NCBI RefSeq assembly: GCF_001830325.1
Contig: NZ_MHZG01000015.1
Span: 32,570-64,569 of the forward strand
DNA length: 32,000 nt
Source: Polynucleobacter sp. GWA2_45_21
GTDB taxonomy: Bacteria > Pseudomonadota > Gammaproteobacteria > Burkholderiales > Burkholderiaceae
Direction of reading: 5' to 3'
Positions within the stretch are counted from its first letter, which is position 1; the number at the start of each line of letters is the position of its first letter. This document shows, one piece after another, positions 1 to 10,756 of this stretch. A program made the translations under genes and the position numbers. The notes below the pieces were generated by a model. It was not told where the DNA came from, made no database searches, and saw only the letters and a list, made by a program, of their open reading frames with translations.

Positions 1-177
1 ATTCTGAAAGGTTTGATTGAGCGTCATTTCCGCCATACCGGCTCTGAGCGTGCTAAAGCACTCTTAGCTGATTGGGAAAATGCCCGCGGTCGTTTTGTGA
101 AAGTGCTGCCTACTGAGTACAAACGTGCTCTAGGTGAGTTGTGGGAAAAAGCGCAAAACAAAACTGTTGCAGCTTAA
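1..177 (+). CDS. gltB: glutamate synthase large subunit, C-terminal fragment (5' end outside window)
   Basis: Frame 1 is open from the window edge to TAA at 175-177. The translation ...[27 protein letters not shown] resembles GltB C-termini, and gltD follows immediately. Confidence 0.7.
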   Translation: MLKGLIERHFRHTGSERAKALLADWENARGRFVKVLPTEYKRALGELWEKAQNKTVAA

Positions 178-215
178 TCAATATAGATATTAAGAAAAGA
201 TACTAAGGATTCGAT

Positions 216-1679
216 ATGGGTAAGGTCACTGGATTTATGGAGTTTGAGCGCGTAGAGGAAACCTACGAAGCTCCCGTTAAACGCCTCCACCACTACAAAG
301 AGTTCGTTGCTGCATTAACGGATGAAGAGGCCAAAGTACAGGGCGCACGCTGTATGGATTGCGGCATTCCATTTTGTAATAACGGATGCCCAGTAAACAA
401 CATCATCCCTGATTTCAATGATTTGGTATTTCATAGTGATTGGAAGAATGCGTTGGATGTTTTGCAATCAACCAATAACTTCCCTGAATTCACTGGCCGT
501 ATTTGTCCTGCACCATGTGAGGCAGCGTGCACCTTAGGAATTAATAGTGATGCGGTGGGTATTAAGTCTATCGAGCATGCCATTATTGATAAGGGCTGGG
601 AAAATGGTTGGGTTAAGCCGCAACCATCCAAAACTAAGACAGGTAAGAAGGTAGCTGTTGTTGGTGGTGGCCCTGCTGGCATGGCAACTGCGCAACAATT
701 GGCACGCGTGGGCCATGACGTTACTGTATTTGAGAAGAATGATCGTGTCGGCGGGCTGTTGCGCTACGGTATTCCTGATTTCAAAATGGAAAAGTGGTTG
801 ATCGACCGTCGCGTTGAGCAAATGCAAGCCGAGGGTGTGAAGTTTGAGACTGGCGTATTTGTGGGTAAAGAGGCGATTGGCGCCGAAGTTAAAAACTATT
901 CCACAAAAACTGTTTCACCTGATCAGTTGATGAAAGATTTTGACGCTGTTGTGATTAGCGGTGGATCTGAGCAGCCACGTGACTTGCCAGTTCCTGGCCG
1001 TGAGTTGAAGGGTGTTCATTACGCTTTGGAATTCTTGATTCCTCAGAACAAAGAAAACGCAGGCGATTTCAAAAACGAAATTTCTGCAGCTGGTAAGCAT
1101 GTTGTTGTCATTGGTGGTGGTGATACCGGATCTGATTGCGTGGGCACATCCAATCGTCATGGTGCCGCCAAGATTACTCAATTTGAATTGTTGCCACAGC
1201 CACCAGAAACTGAAAATAAGCCTTTGGTATGGCCTTACTGGCCAACCAAGTTGCGCACTTCTTCATCACATGAAGAGGGTTGTGAGCGCGATTGGTCAGT
1301 TGCCACTAAGCGCTTTGAAGGTAAGGACGGCAAATTAGAGAAGCTCATTTGTGTGCGTTTGGAGTGGAAAGACGGCAAGATGACAGAAATGCCAAATTCT
1401 GAATTTGAGATTAAGGCAGATTTAGTATTTTTAGCAATGGGCTTTGTATCACCTGCAGCCCAGGTTCTGAATGCCTTTGGTGTTGAAAAAGATGCACGCG
1501 GCAATGCAAAAGCCACAGTTGATGGCCAAAATGCCTATCAAACCAATGTTCCAAAGGTCTTTGCTGCTGGCGATATGCGCCGTGGACAGTCTTTGGTGGT
1601 TTGGGCGATTCGTGAAGGTCGCCAAGCTGCTCAAGCAGTAGACGAGTATTTAATGGGGTCTTCTGTTCTGCCGCGATAA
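216..1679 (+). CDS. gltD: glutamate synthase (NADPH) small subunit
   Basis: 487 aa. Cys-rich Fe-S N-terminus ([12 protein letters not shown]; [10 protein letters not shown]) and two Rossmann GxGxxG motifs ([20 protein letters not shown]). RBS aagga upstream. Confidence 0.95.
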   Translation: MGKVTGFMEFERVEETYEAPVKRLHHYKEFVAALTDEEAKVQGARCMDCGIPFCNNGCPVNNIIPDFNDLVFHSDWKNALDVLQSTNNFPEFTGRICPAPCEAACTLGINSDAVGIKSIEHAIIDKGWENGWVKPQPSKTKTGKKVAVVGGGPAGMATAQQLARVGHDVTVFEKNDRVGGLLRYGIPDFKMEKWLIDRRVEQMQAEGVKFETGVFVGKEAIGAEVKNYSTKTVSPDQLMKDFDAVVISGGSEQPRDLPVPGRELKGVHYALEFLIPQNKENAGDFKNEISAAGKHVVVIGGGDTGSDCVGTSNRHGAAKITQFELLPQPPETENKPLVWPYWPTKLRTSSSHEEGCERDWSVATKRFEGKDGKLEKLICVRLEWKDGKMTEMPNSEFEIKADLVFLAMGFVSPAAQVLNAFGVEKDARGNAKATVDGQNAYQTNVPKVFAAGDMRRGQSLVVWAIREGRQAAQAVDEYLMGSSVLPR

Positions 1680-1689
1680 TATCGAGGAT

Positions 1690-2556
1690 ATGAACAGTAG
1701 CCACTCCAACTCGGTGGAAGTGAAGCAAAAAACCTCTAGCGGTGGCCATGGCGAAGTTGTAGTTCAAATTAAGGACGTCAACTTTTCCTATGCTCCCGGG
1801 GAGCGGCAAATTCTCTCGGGACTCAATATGGAGTTCCGCCGTGGGCAGGTTGTTGCCGTCATGGGTGGTTCCGGCTGTGGCAAGACTACTATTCTGAGAC
1901 TCATTGGCGGTCAATTCGCCGCACAGTCTGGACAAGTTTTATTTGAAGGCCAAGATATTGGCAAAATGAATGGCGCCGACTTAATGGCCGCCCGTCGTCG
2001 CATGGGAATGCTCTTTCAGTTTGGTGCACTTTTTACCGATCTGAGCGTTTTTGAAAACGTCGCTTTTCCTTTGCGTGAACATACCGATTTAAGCGAAGAG
2101 TTATTGCGCTCACTAGTACTCATGAAGCTAAATGCAGTTGGCTTGCGTGGCGCACGTGATTTAATGCCTTCGCAAATTTCTGGCGGAATGGCACGCCGTG
2201 TTGCTCTAGCAAGGGCGATTGCGCTTGATCCCCCTTTGATCATGTATGACGAGCCTTTTGCTGGCTTGGATCCAATTTCGTTAGGCATTACTGCGCGCTT
2301 GATCCGCAACTTAAATCAAGCTCTGGGTGCGACTAGTCTATTGGTGACACATGATGTTGAGGAAACATTTGAAATTGCCGATTACGTTTATTTCATTGCT
2401 AATGGTCGCATTGGTGCAGAAGGTACGCCAGAAGAATTGAGTCGCTCAAGCGATCCGTTTGTACGCCAATTCCTAGATGCCTCACCGGATGGTCCTGTGC
2501 CATTTCATTACCCAGGTCAAAGCCTTGCAGAAGATTTTGGGGTGAGCCTGAAATGA
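1690..2556 (+). CDS. mlaF: phospholipid ABC transporter ATP-binding protein MlaF
   Basis: Walker A GGSGCGKT, signature ISGGMARR, Walker B LIMYDEP. First gene of an mlaFEDACB-type cluster. Confidence 0.9.
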   Translation: MNSSHSNSVEVKQKTSSGGHGEVVVQIKDVNFSYAPGERQILSGLNMEFRRGQVVAVMGGSGCGKTTILRLIGGQFAAQSGQVLFEGQDIGKMNGADLMAARRRMGMLFQFGALFTDLSVFENVAFPLREHTDLSEELLRSLVLMKLNAVGLRGARDLMPSQISGGMARRVALARAIALDPPLIMYDEPFAGLDPISLGITARLIRNLNQALGATSLLVTHDVEETFEIADYVYFIANGRIGAEGTPEELSRSSDPFVRQFLDASPDGPVPFHYPGQSLAEDFGVSLK

Positions 2557-3350
2557 GTATCCTTCATAAGACCTTAGATCTTTTCGGTGACCTCGGTTTT
2601 TTTGTTCGTCGTAACTTAACGAGTCTTGGCCTTGCTGCTCGCATGTTTGCTGCAGTGATTTGGCGTTCCGGCTTTTTATTAAAAAGACCCCGTTTAGTTT
2701 CTGATCAGATTCTATTTGTAGGTAATCACTCCTTTGTCATCATTGCGGTATCTGGTTTATTCGTTGGTTTCGTCTTGGGTCTGCAGGGTTATTACACGCT
2801 CAATCGTTATGGCTCGGAACAAGCTCTCGGTTTATTGGTTGCGCTATCGCTCACTCGTGAATTAGGCCCAGTGATTACGGCTCTCCTATTTGCTGGCCGT
2901 GCTGGCACATCTCTCACTGCAGAGATTGGCTTGATGAAAGCCGGCGAACAGCTCAGTGCCATGGAAATGATGGCGGTAGATCCATTGAGTCGTGTGATTG
3001 CACCGCGCTTATGGGCGGGCATTATTGCGATGCCGATTTTGGCAACGATCTTTACAGCTGTTGGTGTGATGGGCGGCTACTTTGTTGGGGTGCCACTAAT
3101 TGGCGTGGACTCTGGCGCCTTCTGGTCTCAGATGCAGGGCGGGGTAGATCTCTTCTCTGATATTGGTAATGGCCTGATTAAGAGTCTGGTATTTGGTGTG
3201 GCGGTGACCTTTATAGCGCTGTATCAGGGTTATGAGGCAAAACCTACGCCTGAGGGCGTATCACAAGCTACCACCAGAACGGTGGTGATTTCCTCCTTAT
3301 CGGTTTTAGCATTGGACTTCTTGCTAACTGCAATGATGTTCTCGAATTAG
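2553..3350 (+). CDS. mlaE: phospholipid ABC transporter permease MlaE
   Basis: 265 aa polytopic membrane protein. ATGA start/stop overlap with mlaF. Context is MlaE/Ttg2B-like. Confidence 0.9.
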   Translation: MSILHKTLDLFGDLGFFVRRNLTSLGLAARMFAAVIWRSGFLLKRPRLVSDQILFVGNHSFVIIAVSGLFVGFVLGLQGYYTLNRYGSEQALGLLVALSLTRELGPVITALLFAGRAGTSLTAEIGLMKAGEQLSAMEMMAVDPLSRVIAPRLWAGIIAMPILATIFTAVGVMGGYFVGVPLIGVDSGAFWSQMQGGVDLFSDIGNGLIKSLVFGVAVTFIALYQGYEAKPTPEGVSQATTRTVVISSLSVLALDFLLTAMMFSN

Positions 3351-3371
3351 AAAGAATAAACTGGGACTCTT

Positions 3372-3854
3372 ATGAGAAAAAGTGCAATTGATATTTGGGT
3401 TGGAATCTTTGTAGCCATTGGTTTGCTGGCTGCTTTGTTTCTTGCATTAAAGGTCGGCAATATGAATGCTGTTTCTTTTGCGCCTACTTATAAAATCTCT
3501 GCCAGATTTGACAATATTGGTGGACTCAAGCCACGCGCACCAGTCAAGAGTGCAGGTGTAGTTGTTGGCCGTATTGCCAATATCTCTTTTGATGACAAGA
3601 CCTATCAAGCAACCGTCACCATGACGATTGAAGATACCTATAAGTTTCCTAAAGATTCTTCTGCAAAGATTTTGACCTCAGGTTTGTTGGGCGAGCAATA
3701 CATTGGTCTTGAGGCCGGTGGCTCCGACGATATGTTGGCTTCCGGGGATAAGATTACTCAGACGCAGTCCGCAGTGGTTCTTGAGAATCTAATCAGCCAG
3801 TTCTTGTACAACAAGGCGGCTGATAGCGGTCAAGACAAAGGTGCAGCCAAATAA
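3372..3854 (+). CDS. mlaD: MCE-domain periplasmic substrate-binding protein MlaD
   Basis: 160 aa with a single N-terminal TM helix (IWVGIFVAIGLLAALFLAL) followed by an MCE-like domain. Position is after mlaE. Confidence 0.85.
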   Translation: MRKSAIDIWVGIFVAIGLLAALFLALKVGNMNAVSFAPTYKISARFDNIGGLKPRAPVKSAGVVVGRIANISFDDKTYQATVTMTIEDTYKFPKDSSAKILTSGLLGEQYIGLEAGGSDDMLASGDKITQTQSAVVLENLISQFLYNKAADSGQDKGAAK

Positions 3855-4597
3855 TGATGCTGGCAAAGCTTAAACGTATAGCACTGCTTGGTATAGTTGC
3901 TGGTATGGTTGGTTGTGCATCAATTCCTGCGGGCGTTGAGCCGTCCCCACAGGATCCTTGGGAGCCGTTTAACCGCTCCGTTTTTGAATTTAACGAGGGC
4001 TTGGATGCCTATTTGCTCAAACCAGTAGTTGCTGGATATCGTTTTGTCTTGCCGGAGTTTGTGCGTGACGGTATTTACAACTTCTTTAGTAACTACAGTG
4101 ATATCTACACAGCATTACAGAACCTCTTACAGGGCAAACCTGACTATGCCTTTAGTGATTTGATGAGGGTGGTGGTCAATACCACCTTTGGTCTGGGTGG
4201 CTTGATTGATATGGCGACCCCTGGTGGATTGCCAAAACACAAGGAAGACTGGGGTCAAACCTTTGGTGTGTGGGGCATTCCATCGGGACCATATGTTGTT
4301 TTGCCATTCTTTGGACCAAGCAATGTGCGCGATACCTTTGGTACTGCGGCTGACATGGAGTCTGATTACTTATTTAGATTGCTGCCAGATGTTGCTCTTC
4401 GCAATAGCATTACTGGTTTGCGGGTAGTTAATGCCCGCAATACCTATTATGAAGCGGGCGATCTATTAGATGGAGCGGCTATTGATAAATATAGCTTTAT
4501 GCGGGATGCCTATATTCAGCGACGCGAATATCAAATTAATGAAGGGCGGGAAGATAGGGAGCCCCTCATGCCGGTTTACGAAAACCCCTACGAATAA
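3854..4597 (+). CDS. mlaA: outer-membrane lipoprotein MlaA (VacJ family)
   Basis: 247 aa. Lipobox-like signal (LLGIVAGMVGCAS), VacJ-like core (DPWEPFNR..., FGxWGIPxGPYxVLPFFGPS). Overlaps the mlaD stop by 1 nt. Confidence 0.85.
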   Translation: MMLAKLKRIALLGIVAGMVGCASIPAGVEPSPQDPWEPFNRSVFEFNEGLDAYLLKPVVAGYRFVLPEFVRDGIYNFFSNYSDIYTALQNLLQGKPDYAFSDLMRVVVNTTFGLGGLIDMATPGGLPKHKEDWGQTFGVWGIPSGPYVVLPFFGPSNVRDTFGTAADMESDYLFRLLPDVALRNSITGLRVVNARNTYYEAGDLLDGAAIDKYSFMRDAYIQRREYQINEGREDREPLMPVYENPYE

Positions 4598-4669
4598 AGG
4601 CGGTCAAGCCCAGCCCGATTCCTTTAAGGGCTAAAATGAGCTTCAATGACCAGCATTAATCGAGGACAC

Positions 4670-5317
4670 ATGAAAAGCCATCAAACCATTCAAAAATGCT
4701 TTGCCGTATTGCTATCAAGCTTGTTTTTGTTTGCCGGCAGCGTCTCTGCGCAAGCGGTTGATCAGTCAACGCCAGACGGTTTGATTAAGACTGTAGTTTC
4801 TGACGTAATGGCCTCCGTCAAGTCTGATCCAGAAATTCAAAAAGGGAATATCCCGCGTATCGTGGAGTTAGTGGATAAGAAAATTGTTCCCTATACCGAT
4901 ATGCGCCGCACTACTGAAATGGCAATGGGACCTAACTGGAAAAAAGCTACCCCAGAGCAGCAGGCTCAACTGGTGAATGAATTTAAGAGTCTTCTAATTC
5001 GCACATATTCAGGCGCTTTAAGCCAATTGCGTGATCAGACAATTCAATTTAAGCCTTTGCGTGCAGCTCCGGACGATAAAGAGGTCGTTGTGAAGACTGT
5101 AGTGATTGGTCGTGGTGATCCCATACCGCTCGACTATCGCCTAGAAAAAACACCTAACGGCTGGAAGGTCTATGACATGAACATCATGGGTGTTTGGCTG
5201 GTAGAGGCGTATCGCAATCAATTCGCTAATCAGATTAGCCAGAATGGTGTCGAAGGTTTAGTGAAGTTCTTGCAAGACCGCAATAAGCAGCTTGCTGCTG
5301 TAAAGCCTGCAAATTAA
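4670..5317 (+). CDS. mlaC: periplasmic phospholipid-binding protein MlaC (Ttg2D family)
   Basis: The ORF opens at 4646, but ATG 4670 has a gagga RBS and gives a signal peptide ending SVSAQA. Ttg2D-like sequence and context. Confidence 0.8.
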   Translation: MKSHQTIQKCFAVLLSSLFLFAGSVSAQAVDQSTPDGLIKTVVSDVMASVKSDPEIQKGNIPRIVELVDKKIVPYTDMRRTTEMAMGPNWKKATPEQQAQLVNEFKSLLIRTYSGALSQLRDQTIQFKPLRAAPDDKEVVVKTVVIGRGDPIPLDYRLEKTPNGWKVYDMNIMGVWLVEAYRNQFANQISQNGVEGLVKFLQDRNKQLAAVKPAN

Positions 5318-5351
5318 AGACCTCACAAGATCAATCAAAGATAATTATCAG

Positions 5352-5612
5352 ATGCCATTTTTATTGCCCATTTCAGTGACACAGAGCAACGTGCTGCAGT
5401 TGGAGAAAGATGGGCTTTTAAATCTTGCGTCATTACAAACCGTAGATTGCATCAATCTCAAAGATTTTGACTCCACCGTGCTAACAGTTTTGTTGGCATG
5501 GCAGAAAAAATTACAAGCGGATGGTCTACGGATTTCAGTAAAAAACGCACCAGAAAAATTAACTGTATTGGCTAGCGTATATGGCGTTGCTGAGTTGCTA
5601 GGTTTGTCATAG
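5352..5612 (+). CDS. mlaB: STAS-domain protein MlaB
   Basis: 86 aa small STAS-like protein at the last position of the mla cluster. Confidence 0.65.
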   Translation: MPFLLPISVTQSNVLQLEKDGLLNLASLQTVDCINLKDFDSTVLTVLLAWQKKLQADGLRISVKNAPEKLTVLASVYGVAELLGLS

Positions 5613-5613
5613 C

Positions 5614-6366
5614 ATGCATGCAGCAATATCGATAAAAAACGTATCAAAAAATTATGGCGCCCTACAAGCGCTTGATGATGTCTCCTTATCAATAGAGCAG
5701 GGCGAGTTCTTTGGCTTACTTGGCCCTAATGGTGCTGGGAAGACAACGCTCATTTCCATTTTGGCTGGCTTAGTGACTGCGGATCGTGGTCACGCTGCAA
5801 TTATGGGCGCTGATGTTCAGGGTCAATTTCGTGATGCTCGCCGGATGCTAGGGGTTGTGCCGCAAGAGTTGGTATTTGACCCCTTCTTTACGGTAAGAGA
5901 GACGCTGCAATTTCAGTCGGGCTATTTTGGCATTCGTCATAACGATGCTTGGATTGACGAGATCATGGCTAATTTGGATCTGACCAATAAGGCTGATAGC
6001 AATATGCGCTCCCTATCTGGCGGCATGAAGCGCCGAGTATTGGTAGCACAGGCTTTGGTTCATCGGCCGCCTGTGATTATTTTGGATGAACCAACAGCAG
6101 GTGTTGACGTAGAGTTGCGCCAATCTCTCTGGCAATTCATTAGTCGATTAAATCAAGATGGCCACACGATCGTCTTAACAACCCATTACCTTGAAGAGGC
6201 TGAGGCATTGTGTCAGCGCATTGCCATGCTCAAGCAAGGAAAGATTGTGGCTTTGGACACTACCGCCAATTTATTGAGTCAGTATGGCTCGGTGAAAAAG
6301 GATGGCGAGGGCAAGACGGATCTCGAAGATGTGTTTGTCAACATCATGTCGGGAGGCGCTCGATGA
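5614..6366 (+). CDS. ABC-2 type transporter ATP-binding protein
   Basis: Walker A GPNGAGKTT, signature LSGGMKRR, Walker B IILDEPT. Translationally coupled to the following permease. Confidence 0.9.
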   Translation: MHAAISIKNVSKNYGALQALDDVSLSIEQGEFFGLLGPNGAGKTTLISILAGLVTADRGHAAIMGADVQGQFRDARRMLGVVPQELVFDPFFTVRETLQFQSGYFGIRHNDAWIDEIMANLDLTNKADSNMRSLSGGMKRRVLVAQALVHRPPVIILDEPTAGVDVELRQSLWQFISRLNQDGHTIVLTTHYLEEAEALCQRIAMLKQGKIVALDTTANLLSQYGSVKKDGEGKTDLEDVFVNIMSGGAR

Positions 6367-7151
6367 AATCCACTTTGAATAAATTACCCATTTCTTATGG
6401 CAGCGGCTTCCCAACATTGCTCCGCAAAGAAATTAAGCGCTTTTATAAAGTAGCATTTCAGACGGTTGCTGCGCCAGTACTCACTGCTGTTTTGTATTTA
6501 ATGATTTTCGGACATGTGCTGGAAGGCAAAGAGGTCTATGGTCGCTTGAACTACACAGCCTTTTTGATTCCAGGCTTAGTCATGATGAGCGTGTTGCAGA
6601 ATGCATTTGCGAATACCTCTTCATCACTCATTCAATCGAAGGTGACTGGCAATTTAGTCTTTGTTTTGCTTGCCCCTTTTAGCCACTTAGAGTTTTATGC
6701 GGCTTATGTCTTGGCTGCGGTGTTTCGTGGGATTGTTGTTGGCTCAGGCGTGCTCCTCATTACGGCATGGTTTGCTATGCCATCTTTTGAGTATCCTTTT
6801 TGGATCATGGCATTTGCTCTGTTAGGCGCTGCAATTTTGGGAAGCATGGGTTTAATTGCCGGTATCTGGGCGGATAAATACGATCAACTAGCTGCTTTCC
6901 AGAATTTCATCATCATGCCAGCAACAATGCTGTCGGGCGTGTTTTATTCGATTCATTCTTTGCCGGCAGCATGGCAGGTGGTATCTCACTTCAATCCATT
7001 CTTCTACATGATCGATGGTTTCCGTTATGGCTTCTTTGGAGTATCAGATATATCCCCTTGGAATAGTTTGGCCATTGTGGCCTGTTTCTTTGTCGTAGTG
7101 TCAGCGATTGCTCTGCGCTTACTGCAAAAAGGCTACAAGCTCAGGAACTAG
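6363..7151 (+). CDS. ABC-2 type transporter permease
   Basis: The ORF opens at 6210, but ATG 6363 (MKSTLNKLP...) overlaps the ATPase stop (ATGA). The upstream part is out-of-frame overlap with the ATPase. Multi-TM ABC-2 membrane protein. Confidence 0.85.
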   Translation: MKSTLNKLPISYGSGFPTLLRKEIKRFYKVAFQTVAAPVLTAVLYLMIFGHVLEGKEVYGRLNYTAFLIPGLVMMSVLQNAFANTSSSLIQSKVTGNLVFVLLAPFSHLEFYAAYVLAAVFRGIVVGSGVLLITAWFAMPSFEYPFWIMAFALLGAAILGSMGLIAGIWADKYDQLAAFQNFIIMPATMLSGVFYSIHSLPAAWQVVSHFNPFFYMIDGFRYGFFGVSDISPWNSLAIVACFFVVVSAIALRLLQKGYKLRN

Positions 7152-7215
7152 CTATTGATCTTTCCTTAAATGCATATTGAAACATTGTTAAGAAATTAGA
7201 AATCAGGAGATTGTG

Positions 7216-7464
7216 ATGTTGCCAACCCCAGAACAAATTGAAGGCTATATTCAGCAAGGCCTTGCATGTACCCATGTCAAAGTGGAAGGTGATGGACAAC
7301 ATTTTTTTGCCACGATTGTGAGCCCAGAGTTTGAGGGTAAGCGTTTGATTCAGCGGCACCAATTAGTTTATGGAGCTATGGGTGACCGTATGAAAGCAGA
7401 AGTTCATGCCTTATCAATCAAGGCATTTACTCCTGAAGAGTTCGCACAAAACACCCCAACTTAA
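7216..7464 (+). CDS. ibaG: BolA-family protein (IbaG/YrbA-like)
   Basis: About 82 aa BolA-like protein. AGGAG at 7205-7209 is spaced correctly for ATG 7216 rather than GTG 7213. Sits between the mla cluster and murA as in enterics. Confidence 0.75.
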   Translation: MLPTPEQIEGYIQQGLACTHVKVEGDGQHFFATIVSPEFEGKRLIQRHQLVYGAMGDRMKAEVHALSIKAFTPEEFAQNTPT

Positions 7465-7497
7465 AATACGACATTAGCTTTTTACTGGAATAGATTC

Positions 7498-8772
7498 ATG
7501 GATAAATTACGAATGGTTGGCGGCACTCCGCTCAAGGGCGAAGTAGTGATTGCTGGCGCAAAGAATGCAGCGCTACCTATTTTGTGTGCTTGCTTGCTCA
7601 CAGACCAGCCCATCACTTTGCGTAATGTTCCTGACTTGCAAGATGTGCGTACCATGCTCAAGCTCTTGCAAGAAATTGGTGTGACTGTCGCTTTTCCGGA
7701 TGCGAATAATCGTAATTGCGTAGTACTAAACGGAGCCAATATTAAAAGCTCTGAAGCAACCTATGAGATGGTGAAAACCATGCGTGCTTCTATTCTGGTT
7801 CTAGGCCCCTTACTCGCCAGAATGCATAGTGCCAAGGTTTCTTTGCCGGGTGGTTGCGCTATTGGTGCACGCCCAGTGGATCAGCACATCAAGGGCTTAA
7901 AAGCCATGGGTGCCACCATTAAGATTAAGAGTGGTTACATTCAGGCAGAAACCAAATCTGCTACGGGTCGTCTGCAAGGTGCTTCTATATTGACTGACAT
8001 GATCACCGTAACTGGTACAGAGAATTTATTGATGGCTGCTACTTTGGCATCCGGCACGACCATTTTGGAAAATGCTGCACGCGAACCTGAAGTAGGGGAT
8101 TTAGCTGAGTTGCTCGTCAAAATGGGTGCGAAGATTACCGGTATTGGTACGGATCGCCTAGTCATTGAGGGTGTTGAGAAGCTCCATAGCGCAGAACATG
8201 CTGTGATTGCTGACCGAATTGAGGCTGGCACATTCTTATGCGCAGTTGCTGCTGCTGGCGGTGAAGTGCTAGTCAAGAACTGTCGTCCAGATACATTGGA
8301 TGCGGTGATTGTGAAACTCAAAGAGGCTGGCTTAGAAATGGAAGTGGGCCCTGATTGGATCAAAGCCTCCATGAAAAGTCGCCCCAAGGCTGTGAGCTTC
8401 CGCACTTCTGAGTACCCGGCTTTCCCGACGGACATGCAGGCTCAGCTCATGGCGGTCAATGCTATTGCTGAGGGCAACGCCACCATCACTGAAACCATCT
8501 TTGAAAATCGCTTTATGCATGTTCAAGAGATGAACCGCCTAGGGGCTGATATCGCAATTGAGGGTAACACCGCTATTGCGCAGGGCGTTGAGAAGTTATC
8601 TGGGGCTATCGTGATGGCTACGGATTTACGTGCTTCAGCCAGCCTGGTAATTGCAGGCTTGGCTGCTCAAGGCGAAACCCAGGTAGATCGGATTTATCAC
8701 TTGGACCGTGGATATGACCGTATGGAGCAAAAGTTGACCCTCTTGGGGGCCAACATTCAGCGGATCAAGTAA
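7498..8772 (+). CDS. murA: UDP-N-acetylglucosamine 1-carboxyvinyltransferase
   Basis: 424 aa. Typical MurA N-terminus ([29 protein letters not shown]) and active-site region [15 protein letters not shown]. Confidence 0.95.
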   Translation: MDKLRMVGGTPLKGEVVIAGAKNAALPILCACLLTDQPITLRNVPDLQDVRTMLKLLQEIGVTVAFPDANNRNCVVLNGANIKSSEATYEMVKTMRASILVLGPLLARMHSAKVSLPGGCAIGARPVDQHIKGLKAMGATIKIKSGYIQAETKSATGRLQGASILTDMITVTGTENLLMAATLASGTTILENAAREPEVGDLAELLVKMGAKITGIGTDRLVIEGVEKLHSAEHAVIADRIEAGTFLCAVAAAGGEVLVKNCRPDTLDAVIVKLKEAGLEMEVGPDWIKASMKSRPKAVSFRTSEYPAFPTDMQAQLMAVNAIAEGNATITETIFENRFMHVQEMNRLGADIAIEGNTAIAQGVEKLSGAIVMATDLRASASLVIAGLAAQGETQVDRIYHLDRGYDRMEQKLTLLGANIQRIK

Positions 8773-8792
8773 GCCTGATAGATAATTAGTCC

Positions 8793-9419
8793 ATGAAGTT
8801 AACTTTAGCCCTCTCGAAGGGGCGCATCTTCGAAGAAACCGCTGAGATCTTATCTAAGATCGGTATTCGTCCGCTTGAGGATCCAGAAAAGTCACGCAAG
8901 CTCATTATTGAGACCTCCAATCCTGATGTCCGCCTGATTATTGTGCGTGCTTCAGATGTGCCGACCTATGTTCAGTTTGGTGGAGCTGATTTTGGAGTTG
9001 CCGGCCTTGATGTCTTAATGGAAAGCGGCACCGATGGTCTATATGTTCCTTTTGATTTGAACATCGCTAAATGCCGTATGTCAGTTGCCGTTAAAGAAGG
9101 CTTTGATTATGCGGCTGCAGTAAAGCAAGGATCTCGTTTAAAAGTGGCTACCAAGTATGTCAATTGTGCACGTGAACACTTTGCTAATAAAGGCGTACAC
9201 ATCGATACGATTCATTTATATGGCTCAATGGAGTTAGCTCCATTGGTTGGCCTTGCAGATGCGATTGTGGATTTGGTGTCCACTGGCAATACCTTGCGTG
9301 CCAATGGTTTGGTTGAGGTTGAACCAATCGCCGATATCAGTGCACGCTTAGTGGTTAATCAGGCTTCGTATAAGCGTAAGCGTACACAGTTGCAGCCATT
9401 CTTTGAATTGTTGAAATAA
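8793..9419 (+). CDS. hisG: ATP phosphoribosyltransferase, short form
   Basis: 208 aa, [12 protein letters not shown]... short HisG with no C-terminal regulatory domain. First gene of the his cluster. Confidence 0.95.
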   Translation: MKLTLALSKGRIFEETAEILSKIGIRPLEDPEKSRKLIIETSNPDVRLIIVRASDVPTYVQFGGADFGVAGLDVLMESGTDGLYVPFDLNIAKCRMSVAVKEGFDYAAAVKQGSRLKVATKYVNCAREHFANKGVHIDTIHLYGSMELAPLVGLADAIVDLVSTGNTLRANGLVEVEPIADISARLVVNQASYKRKRTQLQPFFELLK

Positions 9420-9431
9420 GCAAATATTCAA

Positions 9432-10754
9432 ATGTCAGCGCAAGTTAAAGTCAAACGGCTGAATAGCAAAGATGCTGGGTTTAAAGAAACCCTGCTTTCA
9501 AGCCTTTCTTTGCCGATGGCAGATGATGAGGCGATTGATGCCGCAGTAGTCAAGATCTTGGCGCAAGTAAAAGCCAATGGCGACGTGGCGGTGCTGGATT
9601 TCACAAAACAGTTTGATCGTTTAAATGTTGCTAGAGTTACAGAGCTAGAGATTTCTCAAGAAGAATTAAAAAATGCCTATGAAGGCTTATCAGTAGAGCA
9701 AAAAAATGCTCTTGATATTGCTGCGCAGAGAGTACGCGCGTATCACGAGAAACAAAAGATCGAAGCAGGTTGTCACTCTTGGGAATATGAAGAGGCTGAT
9801 GGCACGCGCTTGGGTCAAAAAGTCACGGCTTTAGACCGCGTGGGCATTTATGTTCCTGGCGGTAAAGCGGCTTATCCCTCTTCAGTATTAATGAATGCTA
9901 TTCCTGCCAAGGTTGCTGGTGTAAAAGAAGTCATCATGGTGGTACCCACTCCTGATGGCGCTCGCAACCCCTTGGTATTGGCTGCTGCCTACTTATCTGG
10001 GGTTGATCGTGTCTTTACGATTGGGGGCGCGCAAGCTGTTGGTGCCTTAGCTTATGGCACGCAGACTATTCCGCCAGTGGACAAAATTGTTGGTCCCGGT
10101 AATGCCTATGTAGCAGCTGCTAAGCGCAGAGTGTTTGGTACTGTTGGTATCGACATGATCGCCGGCCCTTCAGAAATTTTGGTTCTCTGCGATGGTTCTA
10201 GTAATCCCGATTGGATCGCGATGGATCTATTTTCTCAAGCAGAGCACGATGAGTTGGCACAATCTATTTTGCTTTGCCCAGATGAGAAATTTATTGAGCA
10301 AGTGCAAGTAAGTATTAATAAGCTACTGCCCGAGATGCCAAGAAAGAAAGTGATTGAAGCATCGCTTGCTAATCGTGCTTTATTGATTCAGGTAAGAGAT
10401 ATGGGCGAGGCTTGTGAGATTGCCAATGCCATCGCTGCTGAGCATTTAGAAATTTGTGCAACTGAGCCACGTAAATGGGCTGAGTTGATTCGTCATGCTG
10501 GCGCTATCTTTATGGGCAACTACACCAGTGAATCTCTGGGTGATTATTGCGCAGGTCCAAATCACGTTTTACCAACAGCACGTACTGCTCGCTTTTCTTC
10601 GCCTTTGGGTGTGTATGACTTTATCAAGCGCTCAAGCATGATTGAAGTGAGTGAGGCGGGTGCTCAAACATTAGGTGCTGTCGCTAGTACTCTCGCTCAC
10701 GGTGAGGGTTTAACCGCTCATGCCCGTGCTGCTGAGATGCGACTGAAAAAATAA
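9432..10754 (+). CDS. hisD: histidinol dehydrogenase
   Basis: 440 aa with HisD motifs ([24 protein letters not shown]). Confidence 0.95.
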   Translation: MSAQVKVKRLNSKDAGFKETLLSSLSLPMADDEAIDAAVVKILAQVKANGDVAVLDFTKQFDRLNVARVTELEISQEELKNAYEGLSVEQKNALDIAAQRVRAYHEKQKIEAGCHSWEYEEADGTRLGQKVTALDRVGIYVPGGKAAYPSSVLMNAIPAKVAGVKEVIMVVPTPDGARNPLVLAAAYLSGVDRVFTIGGAQAVGALAYGTQTIPPVDKIVGPGNAYVAAAKRRVFGTVGIDMIAGPSEILVLCDGSSNPDWIAMDLFSQAEHDELAQSILLCPDEKFIEQVQVSINKLLPEMPRKKVIEASLANRALLIQVRDMGEACEIANAIAAEHLEICATEPRKWAELIRHAGAIFMGNYTSESLGDYCAGPNHVLPTARTARFSSPLGVYDFIKRSSMIEVSEAGAQTLGAVASTLAHGEGLTAHARAAEMRLKK

Positions 10755-10756
10755 AC

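Noticed and set aside
1411-1935. 174-aa minus-strand ORF spanning the gltD/mlaF junction. Similar antisense ORFs occur at 431-682, 534-827, 915-1181 and 1235-1516.
   Set aside because: These lie entirely antisense to strongly supported genes with clear motifs. The translations are low-complexity and lack an RBS, which is typical of shadow ORFs.
6210-6362. N-terminal extension of the ABC-2 permease ORF (ORF-track start at 6210).
   Set aside because: It overlaps the ATPase CDS out of frame. ATG 6363 gives the canonical ATGA coupling and a sensible N-terminus.
7941-8435. 164-aa minus-strand ORF inside murA.
   Set aside because: Antisense shadow of a highly conserved gene, with a Ser/Ala/Pro-rich translation.
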